A stretch of 64,000 bases of DNA from Felis catus (taxonomy: Eukaryota), in the NCBI RefSeq assembly GCF_018350175.1, contig NC_058368.1, positions 15,688,001 through 15,752,000 of the forward strand. Direction: 5' to 3'. Below the pieces are notes generated by a model. The model worked only from the letters and a program-made list of their open reading frames with translations, did no database searches and was not told the DNA's origin. Positions 50,900 through 62,990 of this stretch are shown piece after piece. Both the position numbers and the translations under genes were made by a program. Numbering within the stretch: position 1 is the stretch's first letter; every line of letters starts with the position of its first letter.

Positions 50900-53060
50900 A
50901 CTAAAATTAAAACAACAATGATGGAATAAACATGTAAGAACAAAGAAGGGATGAAAGTAATAAAAAAAATCTGAAACTTGGAAAGTAGCTGGACAACTGG
51001 GAACTAGGAAAAGTAGACTGTGAGAAGGGAGAAGCTTAGAAGCAGGCTATGGGTCCCGCAGAGCTCTCCAAAGGCTCAGGCATCCCTGGCCTCACTGCAA
51101 ATGAGGTCAGCAGGTGGTGCAGGTGGGGCTTCAAAAGGGAGGACTCACAGAAAAGCTCAAGGGGATTCTCCTTTCCTCAAGTTGGTTGTGTGAATGCTGG
51201 CAGCCAGGCTCATTTCCACCAGACAGGAAATCAGGAAATCCCACTTTAGTGAAAACAACCAGCCCAAAAGATAAGGACAGTTGAAAGTTTCCCACATAAA
51301 GCGGCCCACTATTTAATCCGTGGTGAGTTGATCAGAGTTCTCTGACCATGTACACAGCTTCCGATGAGCTTTGTAGTACCATACTAAATACGTGTGAGGC
51401 CAGACTTTAATGATAAAAACAAAGAAAATTGGGACAACAGAAACAATGGAGGGAAAGAAGAAAATGTCACAGTTTTAAATGAGACATTAAGTAGTGGAAG
51501 GTACTGTACTCATGAAACGAATAGGGTAAAAAAAATGAATACTAGAAAACAAGAGTTGTAGGAAGTTAACATTTTTGATAGCAGAAACACAAATTTAAAA
51601 GGAGTGCTAGAGGGGTGCCTGGGTGGCGCAGTCGGTTAAGCGTCCGACTTCAGCCAGGTCACGATCTCGTGGTCCGTGAGTTCGAGCCCACAATCCCTGA
51701 GTTCGAGCCCCGCGTCGGGCTCTGGGCTGATGGCTCAGAGCCTGGAGCCTGTTTCCGATTCTGTGTCTCCCTCTCTCTCTGCCCCTCCCCCGTTCGTGCT
51801 CTGTCTCTCTCTGTCCCAAAAATAAATAAAAACAGTGAAGAAAAAAAAAATTTAAAAAAAAAAGGAGCACTAGATGATAAAATTGAGGAAAATCTCAAAA
51901 GACATGAAACAGAAAAGAGAAGAGAAAATTATAGGATCAGCACAGAAGGCTCACATTTGTTTATAGGAGAGAAGGAAAAACTAGAGAAATTATTTAATGA
52001 CTAAAGGACATTTCTCAGCAGTAAAGGACCCAGCTTTCCAGATTTACAGTGCCTACTGCATACACAACAAGATGCATGAAAAAGCCACATTAAGTCCCTG
52101 AATCATGGTATTTCAAAACACTGTGGAGTAAAAGCTTCCAAAAGGGGATGGAAACAACGTGCCATAGACAAAGAATCAAGATTCAGATTACTGACAGAAT
52201 TGGACTTCTCTCCAGAAACACCGAGTGCCAAAGGCAACAGAGCAATGTTCTCAAAATCCCGAGGAAAAATGATTTCCAACCTAGATTTCTGTCTCCGGCT
52301 CGCCATGAGGCAAATGTGAGAGGAGAATAATGCAGTGCATTGCCAACGCAGTCTCAAGATTTTGTTGTCATTTCTTTAGGAAGATTCACAGAGGACGTGC
52401 TCTACTACAATAGGGATATAAACCCAGGAAAAAAACAGGAGCTGTGCAGCAAGCCCGAGAACAGCTAGAAAGGTGAGAGCCAATGAGACGTCTCCAAGAA
52501 AAAAGTGAAACTGATGCACAGTCTGGAACACACGGATGCACTGGAACACATGGAGAGGTACTTTCTACTCCTCATGTAGTGTGAACGTAAGTAAGTGACA
52601 GGTCCATCGTCAAGTAGTGCAACAGAAAACTCCAGAAATTTATTATCTTCAGGAAAACAAAAAGTACTACAAGAAAGGTAAAATAATCAGATTGTACACT
52701 ATGGCTTGAATGTGAATTATCTTTACACACCTGTACCCATCAGTAGTGATCTGTATTTAGAAACTGTATTAGGAGGTTAAGTGTGAAGGGTATACAGGGG
52801 TTTAAGAAAACTATACTTCTCCATTGATTTATTTTGGAGTAATATCTAAAACTGAAAAAACAGAGACATGGCTATGCAAACCCATTATTTTGAATATGAA
52901 AGTAATTACCACAAAGGAATAGCACACAGCTGAAAGTGGCCATAGTCAGGGAGTAGGAATTGGGTTGAGGGACAGGGAGCAAAGGACGATGATTTTTTAG
53001 AAGCCTTATGGAAGTGACTTTAAATTATAACCATGTATATAACATTGATTAAAAAAAATA
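50900..53060 (+). mobile_element. Highly decayed L1-like (ORF1 region) sequence containing a young Can-SINE at 51612-51863
   Basis: A-rich sequence. gaaaaatgatttccaacctagatttctgt resembles the L1 ORF1 C-terminal region. The SINE itself is unambiguous. Confidence 0.6.
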
Positions 53061-53115
53061 TTCATGGGAAGAAAGTACATTTCAAGGACTCCATTTTTTA
53101 AATTACTCATAAACT

Positions 53116-53340
53116 GGGGCTGGGTGGCTTAGTTGGTTAAAAATCCGACTTAAGCTCAGGTCATGATCTCACAGTTTGTGAGTTTGAGCCCTGCATTGGA
53201 CTCTGTGCTGACAGCTCAGAGCCTGGAGCCTGCTTTGGATTCTGTGTCTCCCTCTCTCTCTGTCTCTCTGCCCCCCCCCCCCCCCCCCCCCCCCCCGCTC
53301 ACACTCTGTCTCTGTCTCAAAAACAAACATTAAAAAAAAT
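53116..53340 (+). mobile_element. Can-SINE with poly-C expansion
   Basis: ttttttaaattactcataaa duplicated at the flanks. C run at about 53272-53296. Confidence 0.92.
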
Positions 53341-54171
53341 TTTTTTAAATTACTCATAAAAAGAGTCAAATTATACCTTAATATTAAATGGAAATAATTT
53401 AGGTGAGATAACAGTTCTGAGGATGGAGATTTTATATATATGTATATACACATATATATATATGTGTATATACATATATATAAAATTAAATATATTTATG
53501 TCATGTTAAATATTATGCTTAAAATTTTATGTTTAAAAATGTTAAAATTATATAAATATTAACATACATAAACATACATTTATATTTAACATTATGTATA
53601 TCTTTACTATTTAGCATAACCCATACTAGGTCTGTAATTCTGAATCAGAGATGCCTGCCTACTGGTTTTTAACTATAGCTTGATGTATTCTAATACCTAG
53701 AAACTCTACTTTACTTGAATTTCCTGAAAGTTATGAGAAAAACTGCAATGAAATTTTAGAATAAGTCCTTAAAATATCAGTCTGAGGGGACACTTACATT
53801 GGACATAAAGAGTAGATGCACAACTTGGTTTCTATAACTTGTGCTGCATAAGAAAGAAATACTTTAGTCTTTCTTGATTTTAAGTGCAGGAACAGAGATG
53901 CTTGAATAAAAGCCACTGATGAAACATTAATATGGTGACGGGCATATTGTTAATCAAGTTGATACATGTATATTTAGTGGTTCTCCTTTACAGGCATAAA
54001 ATAAACATATGTGGACCCTAAAGAGAGATGTGAGAGGCTAAAATTTTAAATGAGGTCAATCCTATGTTAATCAAGCCCAAATAAATAATTAAAAAGGCAT
54101 GCACATGAACATAAAATTTAAAAGAGAAAAAAAGTTTAAAATGTTCTTTAACTTAAGTAAAACTCTAGAAT

Positions 54172-54905
54172 TATGCTGTCCAATATAGTAGCCACATGAG
54201 CACTTGAAATGTGGCTAGTCTGAAGTGAGATGTACTATAGTTGGAAGACATGGTACACAGAAAAATGTGTAAAATACCTGAATATTTTTTCATACTGAGT
54301 GTATGCCGAGACGTGACATTTTTATACAGTGTTAAAGTACACTATTAAAATACATTTTGGCGGGGCGCCTGGGTGGCGCAGTCGGTTAAGTGTCCGACTT
54401 CAGCCAGGTCACGATTTCGCGGTCCGTGAGTTCGAGCCCCGCGTCAGGCTCTGGGCTGATGGCTCGGAGCCTGGAGCCTGTTACCGATTCTGTGTCTCCC
54501 TCTCTCTCTGCCCCTCCCCCGTTCATGCTCTGTCTCTCTCTGTCCCCCCCCAAAAAATAAATAAATAAACGTTGAAAAAAATAAAAAAATAAAAAAAATA
54601 AAATACATTTTGGGGCTCCTGGGTGGCTCAGTTGGTTAAGCATCCAACTTAGGCTCAGGTCATAGGTCATGATGTCACGGTTCATGAGTTCCAGCCGCAC
54701 GCTGGGCTCTCTGCTGTCAGCAACGGTCTGGCTTTGGATCCTCTGTCCGCCCCCACTCTCTGCCCCTCCCCTGATTATGCTCTCTCTTAAAACTAAATAA
54801 ACATTAACAAAATAAATTTCATCTATTTCTTGTTACTTTTTTAGTGTGGCTACTAGAATATTTAAAATTACATATATGTCTCACATTATATTATATATTG
54901 GACAT
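54172..54905. mobile_element. MER33/MER3-like hAT fossil interrupted by two + strand Can-SINEs (54362-54603, 54612-54815)
   Basis: gctgtccaatatagtagccacatg...gtggctactaga...tattggaca inverted ends. Confidence 0.78.
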
Positions 54906-55253
54906 TATATTACAGAACAGACATTATATTGCCAGAACAATTATGACAAGAGAAACTTCATGATTTTTAAGTTATCAACCCTAACTTAATTATCAACCCT
55001 AACCCTAACGTCCTCAACCCTTAGTTCCCAACTTCCTTTCAAACTACAAAGAACCTAGCTTTTTGACCCTAGTTCTGAACCCAACAGTTGACTGAAAACT
55101 ATATCCAGAGGGAGGGCTTTACTTCTAGAATGGCTTCTTAAATTAGATTCACTGATTTTGGAGTCCATTAACTATCAATATATTTTATTTTTCAACATAA
55201 CAGAAACATGTATCTGAATCTGAAGATCAAACATACATTACTTAAACAATTTA

Positions 55254-55443
55254 GGGGTGCCTGGGTGGCTCAGTCTGTTAAGTGTCTGACTTTGGCTCAG
55301 GTTATGATCTCAAGGCTCCTAAGTTCAAGCCCCATGTTGGGCTCTGTCTGTGCTGATAGCCTGCTTTAGATTCTGTCTTTGTCTTTCTCTGCCCCTCCCT
55401 CACTCATGCTTGCTCACTCTCTCAAAAATAAACATTAAAAAAA
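55254..55443 (+). mobile_element. Can-SINE
   Basis: ggggtgcctgggtggctcagtc head and A tail. Confidence 0.9.
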
Positions 55444-55679
55444 TTTTTTTTTTAAAATTTAGGATAGATATTAAAAACCATGTTTGATAATTTTAATCCT
55501 GAAATTAGTTTTTTAAAGTTATGGGGGGTTTATATGATATCTATTTATAGGGAGATAACATATCTTCGCAAATAGATGCACAAAAGTTACAGAAACTACA
55601 AAAATGGAATCTACTGGAATAATTATGTAGATTCCCACCATGAACACAATTCATACAGAACCCATGAGTAACACTAAGT

Positions 55680-56760
55680 ATTAATTCTTTCAACAATATT
55701 TAGGAGGGGCTATAATGTGCCAGGCACTCTATTAGATAGGGGGATGGATGTATTAGCAAACAAAATCAGATGGGATTCTTGCCCTTTTGGAGCTTATGTT
55801 TTAATAGAGACAAAGAAACATTATGCAAATTAAAACAAAAACCTAATGATGTGATGGGTGCTGTGAAGAAGGGCTTATGGTACAGCAACATCGTACGATT
55901 AGGGGCATGTGATCTGGTTTGGAGAGTAAGAGTTCGTTGCCCTATGGAAGAGCTGAAGGAGGAGAAGTTGAAAAGGGAAGGGTCCCTATGTAGAGACATG
56001 GGTGGGTAGATTATGCAGCACCTCTCAAGGCCATGGGAAGGCACTGGGAAGCTACTGAAGGATTTTAAACAAAAAAGGTGCATTTGATTGATTACTTCTA
56101 ATTTTGAAAAGACTGACTCCTTGGGCTACAGCGTAGGACATGATGGTGTCTTGGATGGTGGGGGGAAAGACAAAGAGAAACAAAGGGACATAAAAGCCAA
56201 AAGTAACAGGTCTGGGCCATGAACTGGACATGTGGAGGACCTGTGGGGAATGTCAGAGCTGACTGCAAGGTTTTAAGCTTTCATGTGTCAGTGTTACTCA
56301 CTAAACCGGCAGAGAGCCGAGGAGAGGTCTGGGATGAAGACAGGCCAGGAGACTGGGATATGTCCGGACAGTGAGCTCAGAAGTATGGAGCACTGCTGAT
56401 GGGTTAATTAAGACAGTAAGTGGTCATATCAAACATGACCACTGGGTTTCATGACAGGAGGTAACGAGATGCTTAGATGGAGGGGCGGAGGGAAAAATCC
56501 ACACTGAGGTGGCGTAAGGCATGAGTGGGAAGTGAGAAAACAGGGACAGTGAACATAGAGTGCTCTTTCAAGAAAAGCTGGCTGTGAAGGGAAAAAGGGC
56601 TGGAGCTGGAGAGGTACTGAGGGGGGCTATCAATAGAGAGAGGCTGTTTTTTGTTTTTTGATTTTTAAATGGCAAGGGAAATTTAAACTTGTTTTAAAAA
56701 CCTGTGTAAAAGATGTGGTTAAGGAGAAAAGACAAGACAAAATAAATGAACAGGATGAAG
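55680..56760. mobile_element. L2-like fragment
   Basis: tataatgtgccaggcactctattag...cttgcccttttggagcttat. Confidence 0.65.
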
Positions 56761-56793
56761 TTTTTAAGAAGGTAGAAGGTGGAGGCGGGGTGG

Positions 56794-57272
56794 GGGGGCG
56801 CCTGGGTGGCTCAGTCAGGTAAGCGTCTGACTTCAGCTCAGGTCATGATCTCACAGTTCGTGAGTTTGAGTCCCTCATCGGGCTCTGTGTGGATAGCTCA
56901 GAGCCTGGAGCCTGCTTCAGATTCTGTGTCTCCCTCTCTCTCTGCCCCACCCCTGCTTGCACTCTGTCTCTCTCTGCTCTCAAATATGAACAAACGTTAG
57001 GGGCGCCTGGGTGGCGCAGTCGGTTAAGCCTCCGACTTCAGCCAGGTCACGATCTCGCGGTCTGTGAGTTCGAGCCCCGAGTCGGGCTCTGGGCTGATGG
57101 CTCAGAGCCTGGAGCCTGTTTCTGATGCTGTGTCTCCCTCTCTCTGCCCCTCCCCCGTTCATGCTCTGTCTCTCTCTGTCCCAAAAATAAATAAACGTTG
57201 AAAAAAAAAAATTAAAAAAAAAAAAAAATGAACAAACGTTAAAATTTAAAAACAAAACAAACAAACAAACCA
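56794..57272 (+). mobile_element. Can-SINE with a younger Can-SINE (57000-57228) nested in its tail
   Basis: Inner TSD atgaacaaacgtta; outer TSD agaaggtagaagg. Confidence 0.93.
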
Positions 57273-57702
57273 CAGAAGGTAGAAGGGGATGCAGAGGTCC
57301 AAAGACTGGTTTGTCATATGTCGGAGAGGGAACTTACTACTGAAAAGTAAAGAACAAAAAGAAAACGGGTACCCTCTTTCACTTTGCTATTTCTGAGCTT
57401 TTTTTTTTTTTTTCTTCAGAGGAAAAGAAGGAAGCCTAAAGAAACAGGATGTTTTTAAGGCTTTTCAATTTGTACCATCCACAATTAAGGTGAAAAAATT
57501 AACTTTATACCATATGTTAGGTTTGAGATTTTGAAAATTAGATCCAACTCAGTAAAAGAATAAAGGCACAGATGAACTTTACATACATTAAGTGTCAATT
57601 CTGTTTAAACTTCAGTGTTCACTCTGAGAATATAGGGCTGTTTCTCATTGCCTGGAACAACTGCTGTGTAAGACACGCCCAGGACATCTGCTGGGAACTT
57701 AC

Positions 57703-57854
57703 CATCGTTCGATGTGCAGAGATGAAAACGTCCGTGAAGCTGCTTCTCGAGTTAATAATTTGAAGCCACACTGTGTGTCTCTGATCCCTTTGACACAAAG
57801 GAACCACACCAGAAAGTGGAACCCATACATGAGCAGAGTACGGAAGTAAGAACG
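57703..57854 (-). CDS. ALG5: ALG5 coding exon (exon 8), 152 nt, RSYFRTLLMYGFHFLVWFLCVKGIRDTQCGFKLLTREAASRTFSSLHIER+TG
   Basis: ttttgtcttttAG|CGTTCT...CGATG|GTaagt. Contains the DTQCGFK motif typical of GT2 dolichyl-phosphate glycosyltransferases. In frame with the preceding exon. Confidence 0.97.
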
Positions 57855-58839
57855 CTAAAAGACAAAATATAAATGACTTTTCCATTAATCTGTAGAGGAC
57901 AATTGAAAACACCTGGCTGTAGACAACTGCATTTTAATATTTAATTGACTGGGTAGATCTTACATATGAACACCATTGTTCTGTTGGCTTCACTGGCAAA
58001 GTATATTATATTAGAGCAGGGGAGTGGTACCAGGGGAGCAGTTATTCATTTCCCACAGGTTCGAGAAGAGTCAGACAAGAAGAATCACAGTACCTGTGAG
58101 AGGTCAGGGCTTTACCAGAAGTACACCACAGCAGTTTTGGGCTGATGAACCAGCCTCTGGTTCATCTATAGATTTTGTGCCTGTTTGCCCCAAATAGATT
58201 TCAGTTTCAAAAAAGGTGACAGTTACTAGAGATTCTTGGAAAAACAAAACACTATGGTTTAAACCTAAAGTTCTATGCTTAGTTAATGAGAATACTGATA
58301 GAAAAAGTACAGCAGAGTATCTGTCAAAAAGTCACAGACTAAGGAGTCTGAAACAACAGTCTCTTCAATTGGTATGGCAGACATCTGATAAATATACTTT
58401 TAACAATTAAGTTTTTTAATGCTTTGGATATCAAACCTAAGTGGTCTGTAATCCTATCTGAATATTCACTATTATTAGTAATTACTTTTATTAATAATAG
58501 TAACACAACATAATATTCCATTATACATTAAACACTGCAAACGTTAAAACATAAGATAAATAGGTCATTAATTATCATATTCAAGACTTTCATGTTTAAG
58601 ATTAAAAGTTTTCTCAAATGTAATAGATCCATGGAATGATACACGATATATACACACTAGCAACCTACTAAGAATCTATGTAGAACATTTAATATTTCAT
58701 ACTATTTAGTGTTTCCCTTCCTCCTTTTGGCTTTTGCTTTTTATAACTGTAATCTGTAGTGTCATTCTTCATTTACGTGGCTTTTTCTATTATTATCAAA
58801 CAGAACTATGACGGACCAGTGATAACACAACAAAGTACA

Positions 58840-59065
58840 GAAAGCCAGTGACCTGAGCAGACTGATTATTTGAATCCTGGCTACATTAATGATTAGGGTG
58901 GCCTTGAGCACATTACTTCAACTCTCTATCCCACTTTCCTCTTTTATCAAATGGGAACGAAAATGCCCACCTCACAAAGTTACTGTAAAGATTAAATGAG
59001 ATAAGATTAAAGCCTTTAGCCAAGTGTTTGGCACAGACAGTAACAGGAACTCAATAAATGTTTTT
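58840..59065. mobile_element. MIR-like fragment
   Basis: tttgaatcctggct...ccttgagcacattactt...gtaaagattaaatgagataa. Confidence 0.72.
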
Positions 59066-61014
59066 AATAAAGGAAGAAAGCTTGGGAGCTCACTTTACAT
59101 CCTAACTGCAGTTTCATTTGTGTATTAAACAGGGCAGGAAGGGAAAAAGAATAAAACACTTATCTATAAGGTACGTGAAACATTTTTTTTAGTGTGTGTG
59201 TGTGTCTGTGTGTACGTACTTCTCTGTGTTTTTATTATATTTCACATTACAAAGGAAAAAAAAAGTGAAATAACATAGTGGAACAAAATAGCTGCTGTGC
59301 AAACGACTGAAAATGATTAGTCTCCATTCTTTCTACATTAGATAAAATTTTAGAACTCTCTAGAAATAAAAAGTGAAAAGAGTACTAAAGCAAATTGGAA
59401 AGAGCATAAGAGCAGCTCATAGAAAAGGACACAAGAGAGCCCTTTGAACATATAAAACAATGGTCATTCTCATTAGCAACCAATAAAACCAAATTTTAAC
59501 CATAGCGTGATACCGTGTTATACCCATCCAACTGGCAAGCGTTAAAAGGAATCCTAGCATTAAATCTTTTGTTAGGATGTGGAGCAATGGGATTATTCCA
59601 CTAATGGAAATATAAATCAGTTACCACTTTGGAGCAGTTTTGCAAAATGTTTGTCAACTGTAAAACAAACTTTTTGGAAGGATCTATCACTTCTCACTTA
59701 TCACCTAGAATCATTAGTTATTTTCTGATGTAAACAGGTCTTACCTCTCTAAGCAGATAGGGCAGAAACCTCATCATAAAATACTTGGGTAATCTCATAA
59801 CAGCTTGCTCAGAGCCTTTCACATAAAATATTTCCAATAAACACTGGTTGACTGATTAAACCTCCAAAAGAGCACTTATGCTTACAAAAGGAACAAATAG
59901 AAACTGAAAGATAGAAAAATTAAAATCACAAGGTAAAAAAAAAAAAATAAATAATAATAATGCCTATAAACTATTTTCCTTGAATGATCTTGAATGTGAT
60001 TTAGGTGAACTTACTGGTTACCAAATGGAAATATTCATGGCCACTCTTGCTTGGATGTTAATAGAACATTTTTGTTTGTTTAAGAATAATGGTTATTTTT
60101 AAAAAACCAGAAACACATGGACTTCATATGAAGAACTTAACTTATTTGATTCCTAACATACAAACAAGAGGATCTCCCTTTAATTTTTATTTTAACTTTG
60201 CAAAATATCTTATAATTTATAAGCCATCTAAAAATATATTATGCAACGGACTTAGTTACATAAAACTAACAGTCATAGAGTAACATTATACGAACTTCTG
60301 AAATAGACATTTAAAAATATGAAGGAAAAAGACATTCACTACTTCATTATTAACAATATTCTCTCTAATGCTGATGAAATGTAAATAAGGAATTCAGGTG
60401 GAATTTAAAGCTGACTGGTACTTTTATTATCTTAAAATAAGTTCAAAGAAGTCCCAAGATGTAAGCCAAGACTCTTCGAAGAAATTCTAAGGACATCAAA
60501 TAAACACCAATGGATTCTATTTTGAATCTTTTAAAAATAATAAATGCAAGAATACCCAGACAATATAAACATCCCTGTTATAACTGTTACACAGAACATA
60601 TGGGCATATGAACACACTCTCTCTTGCCTTCACTAGCTTCTTAATTACTCTCTTGCTTCCTATTTTTCCAAATCTTTTTTTCTTCACCAAATACATTATC
60701 CTTTCTACTTTTCTACATTTTTTAAAAAGGAAAAAAGTAAACATAAAATCATTAATTTAATATCAGCCTGGTCTCATTAAGTGTTTTTGTTTATACAGAT
60801 AATTTTTACATAAACAATTATGCAGTATTTATAACACTGTACTCTTTTCTTCATATAACCTAATATTTTGGATATTTTCTCATATTATTATATAGCCTGC
60901 ATGATCATCTGTTTTATTGGCTGCATATTTCATCCAGGAAAATATCTGTATTTTCTATTGTTGGAATTTAGCATTTTATCATTTCTTTTTTGTTTTTAGA
61001 TATCAAGTATTAGG

Positions 61015-61242
61015 TTTTATTTTTTATTTTTTCTATTTTAGGGAAAGAGAGAAAGAGGTGGAGAAGGGCAGAGGGAGAAAGAGAGAGAGACAGAGAGACA
61101 GAGAGAGAGAGAGAGAATCCTAAGCAGGTTCTACACTCAGCATGGAACCTGAGATGGGACTCGACCCCACAACCTTGGAATCATGTCCTGAGTGAAGATC
61201 AAGAATCAAATGCTCAACCAACTGAACCACCCAGGCACCCCT
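61015..61242 (-). mobile_element. Can-SINE in ALG5 intron 7
   Basis: (GA)n tract and ccacccaggcacccc end. Confidence 0.9.
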
Positions 61243-61668
61243 ATAGTTTCTATTATTTTATAATTATAAAATTATAAAATTTATAGAAGTATAAAATTAT
61301 AAATAATGTAAACATCTTAGACATATACTCTTCCTCTTCTATCCCCTGTGCATCAGTAAATTGATGAAGCTGGACTAGCTAATCTCTAAGCAATCTTTCA
61401 ATTTTAAATTTCTAGGAGTATGATAATCTCGATGGTTAACAGATTACCTTTTTTAAAACCAGTGAGTGTCCACAGAGACACGGAACACTGGATTAGATGC
61501 TAAGATATTAAAATAATTTATTTCTTAGAAAGAGTCTAGGTTTCCATACTTGAACATAATTCTTAAGAGGTTCTATGACCCTGCCATCAGTATATCTTGA
61601 AAAAAAAAAATTTCTTTGTGTCTTATTTCAGAATCATTGAGGGAGGGAAAGGTTTAACCTTTTATTCC

Positions 61669-61848
61669 ACTGGTTCTCAAACTCTGGGTGTAAGCGTAGC
61701 CTGGGAAATTGTTAAAAATGCAGATTCCTGGTTCATTTCTACAGTCTTATTCAGTGTGCCTGGGATTGCCCTAGAAATACACATGTTTAAAACCAAAGAA
61801 AAAAACCTCCCCAGATAATTTTGACGTTGGATTGAAAAATACTGCTTT
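61669..61848. mobile_element. MER5A-like fossil
   Basis: tggttctcaaact...tgttaaaaatgcagattcctgg...ctccccagataatttt. Confidence 0.72.
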
Positions 61849-62538
61849 ATTCTTGATCTATTTGGCGACTCCAGTAGATGAACCATAAAGAATATAATGG
61901 ACAATTACTGGGCTTGATACACTGGGCCCACATTTTTAAGTGAATAATTAAAATAATTTTAAAAATTAAAAAAGAATTTAAAATTGCACAGAATAAATTC
62001 CTTATTATTTTTTCCTCCCAAGTTACTCCAACTTTTGTAGCCCAATAATACAAATTACAAAATGAAGAATTTAAGGTCTTTAGTGAGGGCAGTCACAACT
62101 TGTTAAATTTTAAGATACAGTACTTTTCTAAGAGGAATAAAGTTAAAAAAAAAAAAAGGAAAAAAAAAAACCTTTAAATGTACTTAAATGTGCCATTAAA
62201 AGAAAAACTAAAGGTAAGCTGAATGGTTCAGAACTGTATCATTTAGAAAAGTTTGCCTTATATCAGAACTGAATGGGGACTCCTGTGTCTTAAAAAGAAA
62301 AAAAAAAAATAAGCTGCTTGCATTCTAAGTCAAAGTGAAGTTTACATCCTTTTTTGTAAACTCACTGAGAAAAATAATCAATTCCTAAACGTGTTAATCT
62401 TTCACACAGTAAAAAATTTTCTTTCCCTTTGAAAAGAAATTCATTTTTATGAAATTAAACATGAAAGCTTGCTTTTTGCTAATGAGTATGAAAACAAGAA
62501 AAACAAAATCTGATCCAGGACAGTTAGTAAAGCCTCAC

Positions 62539-62598
62539 CTGAGCAATTGATTCTTTTTCCAAGTGAGCTCGAGATCCACATGCAATAGCCATTTGGTC
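62539..62598 (-). CDS. ALG5: ALG5 coding exon (exon 7 by human numbering), 60 nt, DQMAIACGSRAHLEKESIAQ
   Basis: Minus strand reads ctttttcctcAG|GACCAAATG...GCTCAG|GTgagg. Phase 0/0. Peptide matches recalled ALG5. Branch-point-like TACTGAC at 62626-62632. Confidence 0.96.
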
Positions 62599-62659
62599 CT
62601 GAGGAAAAAGCAGTAAAATGATTTGTCAGTATTTGAATATTTGAATATCAATAATCAAA

Positions 62660-62990
62660 TGTGTATTACGCTAAGCGAAATAAGTCAAGAGAAAGACATA
62701 TACCATATGATTTCACTCATATGGAATTTAAGAAACAAAACAGATGAACAAATGGGAAGGGGGGAAAAAAGAGGGAAACAAACCACAAGAGACTCTTAAG
62801 GACAGAGAACAAACTGAGGGTTGATGGAGGGAGATGGTGGGAGATATGCTAGATGGGTACTAAGGAAGACACTTGTGATGAGCACTGGGTATTGTGTGTA
62901 AGTGATGAATCATTGAATTCTACTCCTTAAGCCAATATTGTACTGTATGTTAACTAATTAAAATGTAAACAAAAAATTTTAAAAATAAAT
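62660..62990 (+). mobile_element. 5'-truncated carnivore L1 3'UTR
   Basis: gctaagcgaaataagtca...gagaacaaactgagggttgatgg...gatgagcactggg...actgtatgttaactaa, then an A tail. Confidence 0.88.

Noticed and set aside
3508..57010. Many GGCGCC hexamers that look like BMP elements
   Set aside because: They are part of the SINE head (ggggcgcctgggtggc) and lack GTCT at the 5-nt spacing.
363..57273. Family of similar short ORFs (MAQSVKRPTSAQVMIS..., FNVYLFLRQRETE...)
   Set aside because: These are translations of Can-SINE copies, not a gene family or repeat-spacer array.
57619..57912. 97-aa minus-strand ORF from the track
   Set aside because: It overlaps ALG5 exon 8 in the wrong frame. The true frame is set by the splice sites and the DTQCGFK motif.
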